DNA of 64,000 bases from Octopus sinensis (lineage: Eukaryota), in the NCBI RefSeq assembly GCF_006345805.1, contig NC_043011.1, positions 23,944,464 to 24,008,463 on the forward strand. The letters run 5' to 3'. This document shows positions 25,236 to 36,945 of this stretch, piece by piece. The position numbers were made by a program, and so were the translations under genes. The notes under the pieces were generated by a model. The model was given only the letters and a program-made list of their open reading frames with translations. It had not been told where the DNA came from and did no database searches. Within the stretch, counting starts at the first letter, position 1. Each line of letters opens with the position of its first letter.

Positions 25236-26221
25236 GTGTAACGTAACTTGTGTGTGTGAATATCTCTTGTGCACTTTTGGGGTGCACAAAGCAATCACTC
25301 ACTAGCCGTTACTTTAATAATCCAGAATCTCTACTAGTCAGAAACAAACAGGACGCAGACGTAAAATATACATATAACTACTTTATTCTCTTTCTTGGTA
25401 AACAATAACAATAAGTGTGTTATCTGATGTCCTAGGTTCGGGCGCGCACCGCTATAAGTTAATAGATTGTAATATTTACAATGTCCAGCCCAAAAACAGA
25501 AAGGGGTCCAAATGGGCGTCGAACAGGGAAGTTGAAATGTGGTCGGCAACAATTTGGTTAAAGGTATTTCGGCCGACTGCTGCTAGAATCAAGCCTGACG
25601 GAGAGAGAATATACGCGTGACCGTCGCCTTCAATCGCTGGTTCCCAAGTCACGAGGACTGGACGCTGGTAGTCAACGTCTTACGACCCCCTTGCCTCGCT
25701 AACTGCTACGTAGGCAATAGGGTCGTGCTACCGGTGGTTCGCGCATGCGCGAGAGGGCCTTCCTTTCTGTGCCTGGTAAAGGCACCAACACGCGCGAAAT
25801 ACAAATGGGCGGTGCGCGAGCGCGCGCCGTTGTCGGATCACTACAGACGAAATACTGCTATGCATTTCGCCCGGCGTTTCTGCCAGCTCGCCGCCTTTGC
25901 CAGTTACGCGAACGAACAAGTGGAAGTAAACAAGCAACAGCGACTCACTGAGGTTACCTACTCAGAGATGCCGTCTGCAAGAAGAACAATAATTAAGTTA
26001 GTGTCAATATAATTAATGTAGTCAGCATTAAATAACTAATTAGAAATACTTGTATGGTAAAGAAACAACATAAGATGAATGTCTAATATCATTGTGCACA
26101 TTTCAATAAATAGAAGAGACAACTTCGAACATGTTTCGGTTATCTTTTACCTCATCACGTACATGTTTCTTAATAAATTTACCCCAGTGACACTTTGATG
26201 GCACGCACTGCTCTCTCACTC

Positions 26222-26270
<49 letters not shown>

Positions 26271-26279
26271 CAACAACAT

Positions 26280-26460
26280 CGAAAAATACCTCAGGAATGA
26301 GAAGCCAGGTTCAAAATTTCCCCAAGACACCTGATGAAGGCTGGAGGGTATATCAGCCGAAAGGTTGTTAACAACAAACAAGATGAGGACAAATATCCGT
26401 CAACTGTAAATAATGTAAATAGTGTACATAATTCCCCATCTCTTAAATATAGAACCAGTT
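26280..26460 (+). mobile_element. pLTR-like repeat with hammerhead remnant at 26326-26368
   Basis: GACAC-CTGATGA-A-GGCTG-[GAGGGTATAT]-CAGCC-GAAAG-GTT: 5-bp stem II, but GAAAC->GAAAG. Confidence 0.55.
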
Positions 26461-26636
26461 AATATTATTAATGAATGTTTACTATCCATTTACTTCTCTT
26501 TGGGAGGAGTAAATGAGGCAAATAATGTCCAAAACAAAGGAACCTGAAGTGCTCCAAATATTTGGAGCTTGAGAATCCTTAGAACCCACTACTTTTGATA
26601 GCATCATCCGCTTCACCTGAATGTGGTGTGTGTGTG

Positions 26637-26690
<54 letters not shown>

Positions 26691-26714
26691 TTTCGCATCC
26701 ATTAGAACAAACAT

Positions 26715-27148
26715 GGGATCTTTTCGGTTTGAACGACAGTTTTTAACATAATTTCTAGGTAACTAAAAAATTTTTAACTTCGTATAATAGTAGAATGTGT
26801 TTATAAAACATCTTTTTCTCTTGGCTTTATTGAGAAAATTCTATAGTTAGTAAGATATTTGTTGTTTTTTTTTCTTCAGCTTCTGCAATTTCAACCAATC
26901 ACTGACGTCCATTGAGGTAAAAAAAAAACATTCTGTGCCGCATGAATATGTCCCTCGTTTAAGAAACAGATTGGGTTTATTTACATTTCTGAAGTAAAAA
27001 AAGATACCCTTCCCCTCACCCCTAACCCTAACAACCCTAACCCTAAAACAGATTGAAATGCAATAGATCAATACTAGGGTCATAATTATGGGTGACAATT
27101 TCATATGACACCGCTAGAAAAAACTGCCGTTCAAACCGAAAAGATCCC
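26715..27148. mobile_element. MITE with GGG termini, ~28-bp TIRs and 6-bp TSD
   Basis: TIR GGGATCTTTTCGGTTTGAACG(A/G)CAGTTTT; TSD AAACAT on both sides; internal CCCTAA hexamers at ~27021-27046. Confidence 0.85.
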
Positions 27149-27697
27149 AAACATGTTATATTAAAGATATTTCCAGCATGCCGAATAACCAACGAAACTG
27201 TTTTCGTCGCCGCGGTCACCGACATAATCCTTCTACAGAAATAACCATCCACACATTTTAATATGACCATGCTCATCTACACCACTCCGACACACATGCA
27301 AACATACCCATTTACAGACAAAGGCAGGCAGGTGTGAATGTATAACAGGAAGAAAGTGAGGTGGAGAGAGAAAGGACAGCGGAATTTGAGAATTAACAAA
27401 GCGAGTTCTCCCATTATATTTTATCATTATGAAATAGCACACCATTCTGCGATTTGTTTTCTATTCCAGTGGAAAATATAAAATTTAACTCTTGAACAAT
27501 GGCAGTGAAATAATCATAAAAGCAAATATACATTAAAAAAAAAAAAATTATGTTGATTCTTCTGTTCAATGTTTAAAAACATCCACGCAAACGTAACGTG
27601 ATTAATTTGAATGCTTCGCTCAAAAATATATTATCTCTTGTATAAGGAAACACGGGTATTTCTGTATGTTACCCCACTTTCTCTCTCTCTCACTCCC

Positions 27698-27752
<55 letters not shown>

Positions 27753-28120
27753 AGTGTGTGTGTAGAATTCAGTTGTAAACATGCTGTGAATACATTTCAC
27801 GTTATCATGCAACCATTTGAATATAATTTTACAATAGAAGAATCGATAAAACACTTCATAAAAGTTATTGTCTAATCATGTACACATACACAGACAATTA
27901 TACATTTAGAAATAAATGGCAAAAGAGTAGGAGTTACGTAATCATATATATATATACAAACCTGCGCGCACGCATATACACACGTATACATACACATACA
28001 TACATACATACATACATACATACATACATACATACATACATACATGCATATATATATATATATATATATGTATGTATATGTATATGTGTACATACATATA
28101 CACACACACACACACACATA

Positions 28121-28268
28121 CTTTATTTAAAAGCAGCAGAAATATAACAAAAGCTGTTACTCAGAGTTTCACATTTCCGTTCGTCGGACAGTTTTTAACA
28201 AAAAACTTTCACAGGAACATGAAACTCTGAGTAACAGCTTTTGTTATATTTCTGGTTTTTAAATAAAG
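28121..28268. mobile_element. Fold-back element (~50-bp arms) with hammerhead-like motif on the minus strand (28154-28191)
   Basis: Arms CTTTATTTAAAA..CAGAAATATAACAAAAGCTGTTACTCAGAGTTTCA; minus strand CTGT-CCGACGA-AC[GGAAAT]GT-GAAAC-TCTGA-GTA-ACAG. Confidence 0.7.
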
Positions 28269-28355
28269 CATATTACTCTACCTCTGGTATTTGAGTACTC
28301 TTTTTCCACCTTGTTTCACATTTATGTGCTTAATCCGGTAATATATATACTATAT

Positions 28356-28412
<57 letters not shown>

Positions 28413-28619
28413 TATATGTGTGGTGTGGTGTGGTGTGTGTGGTGTGTGTGTGTGTGTGGTGTACATACACACAGCAACACACACACACCAACACAACACA
28501 CACACACATGTATATTCTTTTATCCTTTTACTTGCTTCAGTTATTTGGAGTATCGCATTAAGGGGTTTTCGTCAAGAAATCGACCCCGGGATAGCAAATC
28601 TCTTTCCCGAAACTAATCC

Positions 28620-29420
28620 TGACTTCATAAGCACGGCCTCCACTTCAAATCAATCAACCAGGCCCATAAAAAACCCACTTTTAATCGTACTCGTTTACAC
28701 CATAGGCCATCCAGAACTTATAATAATTATAAATCTCCTCTTCCTGACCAGTCCAATGTAGTCACATATTCTCAGACTAGAAAATGAGAAATCCTATGGT
28801 ATGTACCGCCCTTCTCTCTCCAGGTTAAATCTTTACCTAAAATATTTTTTATAATTCTGAAATCCAATTTTCCGCAACATCATAAATACTACTCTATTTT
28901 TAACAAATCATCAGTGAAATTATCTTACTCCACACCAAACTTAGGATCTATAATAGCCTTTCTTAATAGACGTAAACTCCAACTTCAGACAGCTACATAC
29001 CTAAATTCATATACTGCACTCCGTCTAAGTCCAGTCAATAAAAGCAACACAATCAATAATTACAGTGGAATAAGAAGGAAACTCTGTAATTGTCGCATTC
29101 CTAACGCATGTCCGCTTGCGAGTTTTTGTCGGCGCAAAAACATGATTTATAAAAGTTGTGTAGAAACAACTGACACACACCAAGCAAAGGGTCTATATTG
29201 GCAGTACCATAGATTTTAAGCGTCGTTATCAAGCTCACTTAAATTCCTTCACCGAGACATGTGCAATATACACTAGCTTGGTCCATAATAAGAGAAGCTC
29301 ACCCTTACAATACAAACATTGATAAATGCAAATTATGCATAAAAGAATCACTAATTATTTTCCGTATCCACAACTCCTCATACATACATAAAACAAAAGG
29401 TACAGATCTGCACATGCACT
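28620..29420 (+). pseudogene. Penelope-type PLE linker and GIY-YIG endonuclease relic
   Basis: LWYVPPFSLQVK...SIFNKSSVKLSYS.PNLGSII...CNCRIPNACPLASFC..KNMIYK...VYIGSTIDFKRRYQAH...CKLCIKE (frameshifted). Confidence 0.88.
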
Positions 29421-29669
29421 GACTCCTAGTACTGCATATATACGCATATACATCATAACACGCACGAAATAATATCAGTAGATATTGTTTAAATTCCAAT
29501 GAAGGAGTGTTGGATCTAGGTTAGAAATCGGCTCTTTCTCTATTGGCAAGAAATATTGAAATAAAACTGGATAATAACACGCACGCGCACACCTAAACAA
29601 GACCATTTTTCACACAGTTTCCGTATACCAAATTCACTTTTAAGCATTGATCGGCTTATAGTATATATA

Positions 29670-30678
29670 TGGGGAGAATTCACAAAAAAAAAAAACAAGA
29701 CGAAGACAGGTGGTGTAGACAACAAACAGATGTATTAGTTTAACGCTCGGGAAGTGAAAATGTCTTTAACGTTTCGAGCCTACGCTCTTCCATAGAAAGG
29801 AACGCAGAAAGAAGCAAGGAGAGAAAATAAAGAATGTGTAGTGGCTAGCGATCTATCTTGGCGAATGCCGGACAGAGGGGTTACACAGGAGAGCTAGGAA
29901 GAAGGGGAGTGATCCCAAAACGAAGGTATGCGTGCGTGTGTATAAGAGAGTATGTATGTGTGTGTGGAAGAGGGCTGGTGACCTTGACGTGTGCGTGTGT
30001 GTATGTGTAGGTGTGTGGATGTGTGGCTGGGAAGTGGTCAGTGCTAGTATGTGCGTGGTGGTATGACGTGATGTGATGTGGTGTTGTGTGGTATGGTGTA
30101 GAGGTGTATGGTGTGGTGTGATGGTGTTGGGATGTGGGGGAGGTGAGTGGGGAAAGCAAGGGAGGGGTGTGGTTAGGCTGAGGGGGTGTAGAGGTGGGGG
30201 TATGTGAGTAGGCTGAAATGGGGTATGTAGGAGTGGGTGTAAGGGATGGGGTGGGATGGGATGGATAGGGATGGTGGGGGTTGTGTGGGGTGGGGTGGTG
30301 TTACGAGGGAGGGGTGACGATGAAGGGAGAGGGAAGGGAGAAGGGGGTAGGAGTGAAGAGAAGAAGTAGGAGTCGGAGCAAGAGAGGAGAGGTGGGTGGG
30401 AGGAAGTAGGTGTGAGAAGGAGAGAGGAGAGGGGAGGAGAGTTGAGCCCATGTGGTGCAAAGGAGCGAAGAGAGAAGATTAATCCTTGTTCACGGCGCAA
30501 ACAGGAGTCCGGATGGCCCCTGTGCAAGGACAATCCGAACACAGACAGGTGTTGCAAAGATTGACCGGTAGAGCGGAAATGGCGCGAGACCGGGGTGTCA
30601 TTGCCGAGTCGATGTCTCGGAGGTGTTCCGCGAACCGGTCAGCCAAGCGGCGTTCCGTTTGCCCGATGTATAGAGAAG

Positions 30679-30733
<55 letters not shown>

Positions 30734-31490
30734 CAGGAGATAAAGTAGATGACATTGGTAGAAGTGCAGGTGAAGGAGTCGGTGATATGATGGGTGCCGG
30801 TGAGGATGGTGGTGTTGGAGAGGTAAGGGCAAGTGCAGCAGCGTGGACGGGAGCAGGGGAACGAGCCGGGCTGGGAGGTTGTGTTAGGGAAGAAGCTGTG
30901 GACCAAGATATCTCGTAGGTTGTGAGTTCATTTGAAGGATGGAAGGGCTCGGTTAGGGAAGATGTGCGAAGTGGAGGGGTCGGATTGGAGTCGACGGAAG
31001 GTTCGGAGAATTGTGCGTTCGAGAGGTAGGGTGGTGGGGTGGTAGGTGAGGGGAAACGGGAGGTGGGAGACGGCGGGGCGGGTGCGGGAAGGGGAGAGCA
31101 GATACACGGTCCACGGAAGTGCTCTGGCAAGGGTGGTGTGGATATTGGTGAGGGGATATCCATGTAGGATGAAGTGGCGAGCCATGAGTCGAAACTGAGT
31201 TTCAAAGTCATGGTCGTCACTTTAGAGCCTGCGTAGACGGGGGGATTGGGAATAGGGGATGGAAAGCTTGGTGTGTTTAGGGTGGGAGGAGGAGAAGTTG
31301 AGGTATGAGTGTGAGTTTGTGTGTTTGTAGTGGATGGAGGTGGTGAGAGTGGAGTGATGAATGCTGACCGAAATGTCAAGAAAGGAGACAAAGGTGTCAA
31401 TGATAGTGCAGAATGGGAGGGCAGGATGGAAAGATTTGACAAAAGAGAGGAAGGAGTCTAGATGTTCGCGGGAGAGTGAGGTTTCACCGC
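29670..31490 (-). mobile_element. 5'-truncated Neptune-type PLE: RT thumb, linker, GIY-YIG, purine-rich UTR, pLTR with hammerhead remnant
   Basis: FLDISVSI..TTSIHYK..SHSYLNFSSSHP; GYP; LQSDPSTSHIF; CSRPRCCTCP; FTCTSTNVIYFISC-[microsatellite]-CPSLYIGQTERRLADRFAEHLRDI; REQGLIFSL..APHGLN. Hammerhead-like CTATGGA-A-GAGC-GTAG-GCTC-GAAAC-GTT at 29764-29799. Confidence 0.9.
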
Positions 31491-31750
31491 TGGATGTAGT
31501 GCGAAGGTATCGTAAATTTAAAACAACGTAAATGAATTATTAGTACCTTTGTGACTTTTGGGCCATCCGTGACATTTGGGCCACCCAATATTACCACTAA
31601 AAGTCAACATATTTTAATAGCGAAGCACATTGTCACCGGAAGTAAAGACGTTTTAACAGTTATTCATATATCTGTGAAAGTGAACATATTTTAACTGCTT
31701 TTCATATTACCACCGAGCGATCTATGTAAACTCTAAAGTCAACATATGTA

Positions 31751-31967
31751 CGAGGGGATGATGAAAAGTGCCGGTTTGTGGGTAAAAGAAAATACAGGAG
31801 GATCAGTTAATTATGATTTTATTGAACATAATCCTCTCTCAGATTCACACACTTATTGCAACGACCCTTCAATTTTTCTAAGCCCTGTAAAAGAATTCGG
31901 AAGTTTGGGTCTTTAATCAGGCCTTTCGCCATATCCTTAAAACCAGGAATTTTTCAGCATCCTCTCG
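31751..31967. mobile_element. mariner-type MITE
   Basis: TA|CGAGGGGATGATGAAAAGT ... TTTTTCAGCATCCTCTCG|TA; inserted in a degenerate ~36-bp minisatellite (31590-32090). Confidence 0.8.
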
Positions 31968-32344
31968 TAATTGTTCTTCACATTACACCAAAAGCCAACA
32001 TATTTTAACAGCATTGCATATTGCCACCAAAAAGTCAACATAATCAAACAGCTATTTACTTTACCAACAAATGTCAACATTTTAACGACTTTTTATATCC
32101 ACTATTCCTGGGAAGGTCGTGGGGTAGAGTTCTCTGTCACCTATTCCATGGGATCCTATCTGAAGTAATTCCCATTAGACTTCCTGATAGGCATCCCAAG
32201 CGCGACCAACTGAGACATGGATTATATCCAACCATATCATTCTTAGTTTGCTCCTTGGTCTCCTACCAGTTGGCTTGGCTTGAAGAGTCCGTTTTGCAAT
32301 TCTTTCATACAACATTCTAATCACATGTCCGCAGTACCGGAGCT

Positions 32345-33490
32345 GTGACGTGACGTCATAATGTGAAGAAGTAACAACTCTGCCTGAAGAGATTCCCTGA
32401 TCATCAAGCCACGCACCCTGTCGAGTAATGTTACCCTAGAGACCTAATGAAGGAACCTTTTTCGGCCGCCTGTATTCGGAAACGTACTCTTTCGGTCATT
32501 TTCCAGCATTCATGACCGAAATGAAAATTGCAAGTTGGGCATTTTTACCAACCTCTTTTGAGGGTCGAATGCTGGAGCTGGCACATTACTGTATCACCTC
32601 TCTAGCATCCAACTCAGCAACGTGCTTCCCATCTTTTCGTGAATAAGGCCCCAAAATACTCACACTTTCTCCATTTGCTTCAGTGATGTTCCACCAACAT
32701 AGAAAGTGCACTGGAAAGTTTTCTTGAGAGGACCAATTTCTCAGTCTTCGCAAAACTAATTCTCATCTCTGCTTTGCAACACTCGGCTACGAACCCATTT
32801 AGTGCATGCTGGAGATTAGCTTCTGATGAGCCAAGTAGCACCATGTCATCTGCAAATATCAGCCGACCGATCCTACTCCCACCAGTTGTGATACCCCTTC
32901 TACAACGGCCGCGCATGTCAATCCAGTTCATAAAAATTATGGAAAGGGAAAGTACCAAAATCGTACCCCGGCTGAAGTCTAACACCCACACTGAAAGCTT
33001 TAGACTTAGCACCATTAACCTAAACACAAACATCTTGACATTCGCATATGAACTTCACGGCAACCAGAAGTTCATTAATCCGAAACTTCTGCAAAACATG
33101 CACAGCATGTCCTGCGGCACGCAGTCATATGCCTTTTCGAGGCTTACAAAGCAAAATTTCCACAATTTCTCGAAGAACTATTGTAGAGTGAATACTCTGT
33201 CGGTTGTGCTGCATCGAGGAAGGAAGCCACATTGTTTTTTTAACAAGTTTGAGCTCGACGGTTTCGTTACATCCCTTTTCCAGATTCCTAGCGTAAACTT
33301 TGCCGGTGAGATTCAGCAAAGAAATTCCTCTAGGATTGGAATACTCTTTAAGCGCTTTTTAAAAATTGGGATTATCACTCCGGATTGCCATTGCTTTGGT
33401 ATCTTACCAGTAGTCTACGAGTCACTTGACACATACGAATCAGCCAAAGAATACTTCTCAAAGGCTTTTACCAGAGGAGGAGGAGTGAGC
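32345..33490 (-). pseudogene. RTE-clade (Rex3/Expander-like) reverse transcriptase relic
   Basis: LTGKVYARNLE; IIFMNWID...GSRIGRLIFADDMVLLGSSEANLQHALNGFVAECCKAEMRISFAKTE (FADD motif); frameshifted. Confidence 0.85.
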
Positions 33491-34369
33491 AATGTTAAGT
33501 GGGCGGAAGTAGCACCAGCGTGGGATGGTGAACCGGGAGGTAGGTGAATCGCATTTTGTTCCTCATATTACACTTATTACACCTATTCTCAGCGTAGTCA
33601 AACCAATCCCTCCAGCCAAGCATATTGTGTGAAAACTGTTTGTTACAGTATAGTGCTATTTAAAATTTTTTTTGTACTCAGTTCTTAATGAAAGAGTTAC
33701 TGGTAAGTTCTTTTGCATTAAGCAATTATGATAAAATATTAAGAATAAAGTTTTTTTTTTCCAATCACCGGTAGAGCATACATATTTCTGGAAAGTTATA
33801 GTGGTGCCTAGGGCAAAAATAGGTTGGGAAGCATTAGTCTAGATGCTGAGCAGATGAAAAGACATCAAAGTGACAACGGCCAGGATAAACCGGTTTAGTT
33901 AGCGAACTACTGAAATCATCTGTTGTCGTGAGTGTTTTTATTCAATTCCAACATTTTATTCAAAACTTTGTAGTTTAATAACCAGAGATGTTAGTAGTTA
34001 AAATTCCTTTTCTCTGATAAGTGAAACGAGAATTGAAAAGCCTGAAACAGGAATTGCAAAACGAAACTTTAAAGTGTAATGAGACGAAATGAAATGAAAG
34101 CAATTGAAATTAAATAAGTAAAAAAGTGATAATAACAATAATGTGGGAATTAAAATATTAGAGGAATAATTACTATTCTTGATGTGAATTATATTCAAGA
34201 GCGAAACTATTTCTGTGTCTCATCATCCTCATTCATTTTATTCAAGTTATTCAATTCAAATGCGACAATAAAAATATAGAGTGACTTTGTGTATGACTAA
34301 GGGAACATTCATTCCACTGGCTATTGTGTTCTTTGCTAATGACACAGTGTTTTGTGTACACTTTGATCA

Positions 34370-34457
34370 TGTATATGTATGCTTGTATGTATGTATGTAT
34401 GTATGTATATATGTATGTATGTATGTATGTCTATATTATATATATATATACATATAA

Positions 34458-34499
<42 letters not shown>

Positions 34500-34851
34500 T
34501 ATATATATATATTATATCATATATATTTATGTATGTATATATGTATATATTATATCATATATACGTATATATATATACATGTATATATTATATAGCTATA
34601 TACCATATATATATCATATATATGTATATACATACATATATATATAGTATATATTATACATATATTATATCCTATATATGCATATATGCATATATATATA
34701 TATATATATTTACATATATATAAATACATATACATATATAATATATATGTATATATATAGTATATTTGTATCATATATATATGTATATATGTATGTGCAT
34801 AAATATGTATGTGGGTATTGATATAGATATATACACATTCACACCTACACC

Positions 34852-34897
<46 letters not shown>

Positions 34898-35172
34898 TAT
34901 ATTTATACATACAGACATATATACGTACCCCCCACACACACATACACACACACACTTGAACATGCGTATGGAGATAAGGAGAGAAAAGTTTAGTGATGAA
35001 AAGAATGAAATCCCAAAAATCCATCTCAATGTAACCAGCTATCTGTTGATGGAAGGGCGTGTTTGAATCCGTTTGCGTGAGTGAGTGAGTAAGTGAGTGA
35101 GTGTGTGTGTGTGATGTGTTTTTATGACGAAAGTCTATAAGTGTGAATGTATATGAGTGTTTCGTTGTATAC

Positions 35173-35260
<88 letters not shown>
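34370..35260. repeat. Compound (TATG)n/(CA)n/(TA)n microsatellites
   Basis: Direct observation. Confidence 0.9.
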
Positions 35261-35261
<1 letters not shown>

Positions 35262-35703
35262 TCAAAATAAGCAACAAGAATGACTTCGATAATTTGGTAC
35301 AATCATTTTTGCTGTCTTCTACTTAAATTCCTTATATGGAGCTCTGAAATCCCCTTTACCCCATTTCTATAATTAGAAAATTCGTTATTGTCTCTTTCCA
35401 CTTATTCTTCCCTCTCAGAATCTTACAGTAGTGTGGAGCAACCGAATCTTAGTCAGTCAGTGGATGGGCTCTACTACTTCAAATGTTCTTAAAATTTAAA
35501 TCCACATCTTTGTCTATATATCTACCTTCTCTATAACGTTGCCACTTGATATGAACATTTTTGTATTAATGGAAAACCTCTATAATTGGCTGATGAGTAC
35601 TCAGCATTTTAAAACTGTTGTAATACTTACAACATTTAATAAAATGATGTAGTACGAAACGATCGTACCAAATTACCGGAGTCATTCTTGTTGCTTATTT
35701 TGA
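35262..35703. mobile_element. Solo pLTR-like element bounded by ~45-bp inverted repeats
   Basis: TCAAAATAAGCAACAAGAATGACT..G.TAATTTGGTAC.ATC (35262-35304) matches the reverse complement of 35661-35703. Confidence 0.7.
35583..35675 (+). ncRNA. Type I hammerhead ribozyme (intact), predicted cleavage after GUA at 35667
   Basis: TAATTGG-CTGATGA-GTAC..CATTTTA..TGTTGTAA[TAC]TTACAACA..TAAAATG..GTAC-GAAAC-GATC-GTA-CCAAATTA; palindromic stem III ACGATCGT. Confidence 0.88.
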
Positions 35704-35803
35704 TTATAATCACCCCAAGAATTTTTATGGACAACACCATACAGAATTCTGGTGCATCTAAATTAAGTACCATATTCATTTGAATCTAAATTTTTGCTGA
35801 ACT

Positions 35804-35837
<34 letters not shown>

Positions 35838-36469
35838 TATATGTATGTGGGGAAGTATGTTTGTGCTATAAGCATGCAACGGAGAAAAAAAAAAAAGATT
35901 GCGAAGCAATTATTTAAAAAGTAAAAGGGAAAAACCGTGGGCGAGGGACTTTAATCTGAACGGGTTGTATATATATATATATATATGGCCTTTAGCGGAG
36001 AAGAAAAACATTGAGAATCTTCGATTTGTGACTCTCCTATGGACAGACGCAAGTTGGAATCGAAAAGGGTTTTTTGTTTCTTTTTTTTTTTTAAGATGGT
36101 GATAATACTGATTTTTTGTTCTTGTTTTTTGTTCATTCTGAAGGGAGTGGTATAATCAGCTTTCTTCTGCAGATACAAGACCTGAAATTTCGGAAAAGAG
36201 AGTTACTCGAATACATGGACTTCGAAAGGAAGAATTTGAACTCATTAAGCATTGCGTCCGATGTGCTAACGAATCTGCCAATTCACCGCCTTAATCGATT
36301 TCAGTATAATTCTTTCTACTATGGGCACAAAACCTGAAATTTGCGGGGTGGAGTCTTGCTGATTATATCGACCTCTGTGATGCACTTTTTTTCTCTCTAA
36401 TTTCATCTCAGAGCTGCGGCCATGCTGATGCACCGCCGTTTTGCTACACTGTTATCATTAAGAGCCTCC

Positions 36470-36945
36470 TCTAATATGTGGCACTTGGTGAAGAATGGAG
36501 TTTGATATAGCTACCCTCATTTGCACCTCTTGCCGTGAGGTAAGTTCATCTCGGACTCTCGACAGGAAGATGTCCAGCTTTGATTTAAATACCCCTACAT
36601 CTACTTTGTGCAAGTTCCTCAGACTCTTTGGGAGAATAGTAAAAAAGCTGTGGGCCCTTGAAACCCAGGCTGTTGCAGTAACTGGTCTCGAAGCGTGATG
36701 GCGTTGCTGGGATCTTTGGCACTATGCAGTGTCGTCTCGTTCTAGCATTGGTGTAGCTTACAATGCCAAAATGTGGCATAATTCCTTCTAGGATCTTTCA
36801 GATATATATTACTGCATACCCCTCCCGTCTTCTCTCCAGGGAGTAGAGTCTTAGCTGTTTCAACCTTTCCCAGTAGCTGAGCTGTTGCAAAGAGACGATC
36901 TTCTTTGTGAATCTTCTCTGGATTGCTTCAAGGTCACTTGTACAT
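36470..36945 (-). pseudogene. CR1/L2-group LINE 3' end
   Basis: DLEAIQRRFTKKI..LSYWERLKQLRLYSLERRR; HCIVP...NSLGFKGPQLF. Confidence 0.85.

Larger units (their letters stand above)
23082..25845 (-). mobile_element. Complete non-autonomous LTR retroelement (Ty3/Gypsy-type signals, non-coding interior)
   Basis: Two ~605-bp direct repeats (23082-23685, 25237-25845) with TG...CA ends; 4-bp TSD GACG (23078-81 / 25846-49); tRNA-Trp PBS; PPT GGAGGGGAG; no gag/pol motifs recognised in the 1.55-kb interior. Confidence 0.88.
22905..25900 (+). mobile_element. Dispersed SINE-like family D copy (22905-23081 continuing at 25846-25900), split by the LTR element
   Basis: TCGACCCCGAAAGGATGAAAGGCAAAGTCAACCTCGGCGGAATTTGAACTCAGAACG...GACG|AAATAC; other copies at 36950, 37215, 38240(-) and 38678(-) read through this junction. 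Confidence 0.75.

Noticed and set aside
24757-25302. 181-aa minus-strand ORF as gag
   Set aside because: It starts inside the LTR, crosses the PBS, is Ser-rich low complexity, and has no zinc knuckle or capsid motif.
23082-25845. LTR element as a plant-type LTR retrozyme
   Set aside because: PBS, PPT, 4-bp TSD and a non-coding interior fit, but I found no CUGANGA/GAAA hammerhead in the LTR on either strand (only CTGATGT, CTGACGG and an isolated GGCCGAAAT).
27021-27046. Interstitial telomere
   Set aside because: Only three interrupted CCCTAA units, inside a MITE.
36116-36337. Exon-like segment after an AG acceptor (IQDLKFRKRELLEYMDFERK)
   Set aside because: Its second half is SINE D tail sequence; there is no donor site or recognisable domain.
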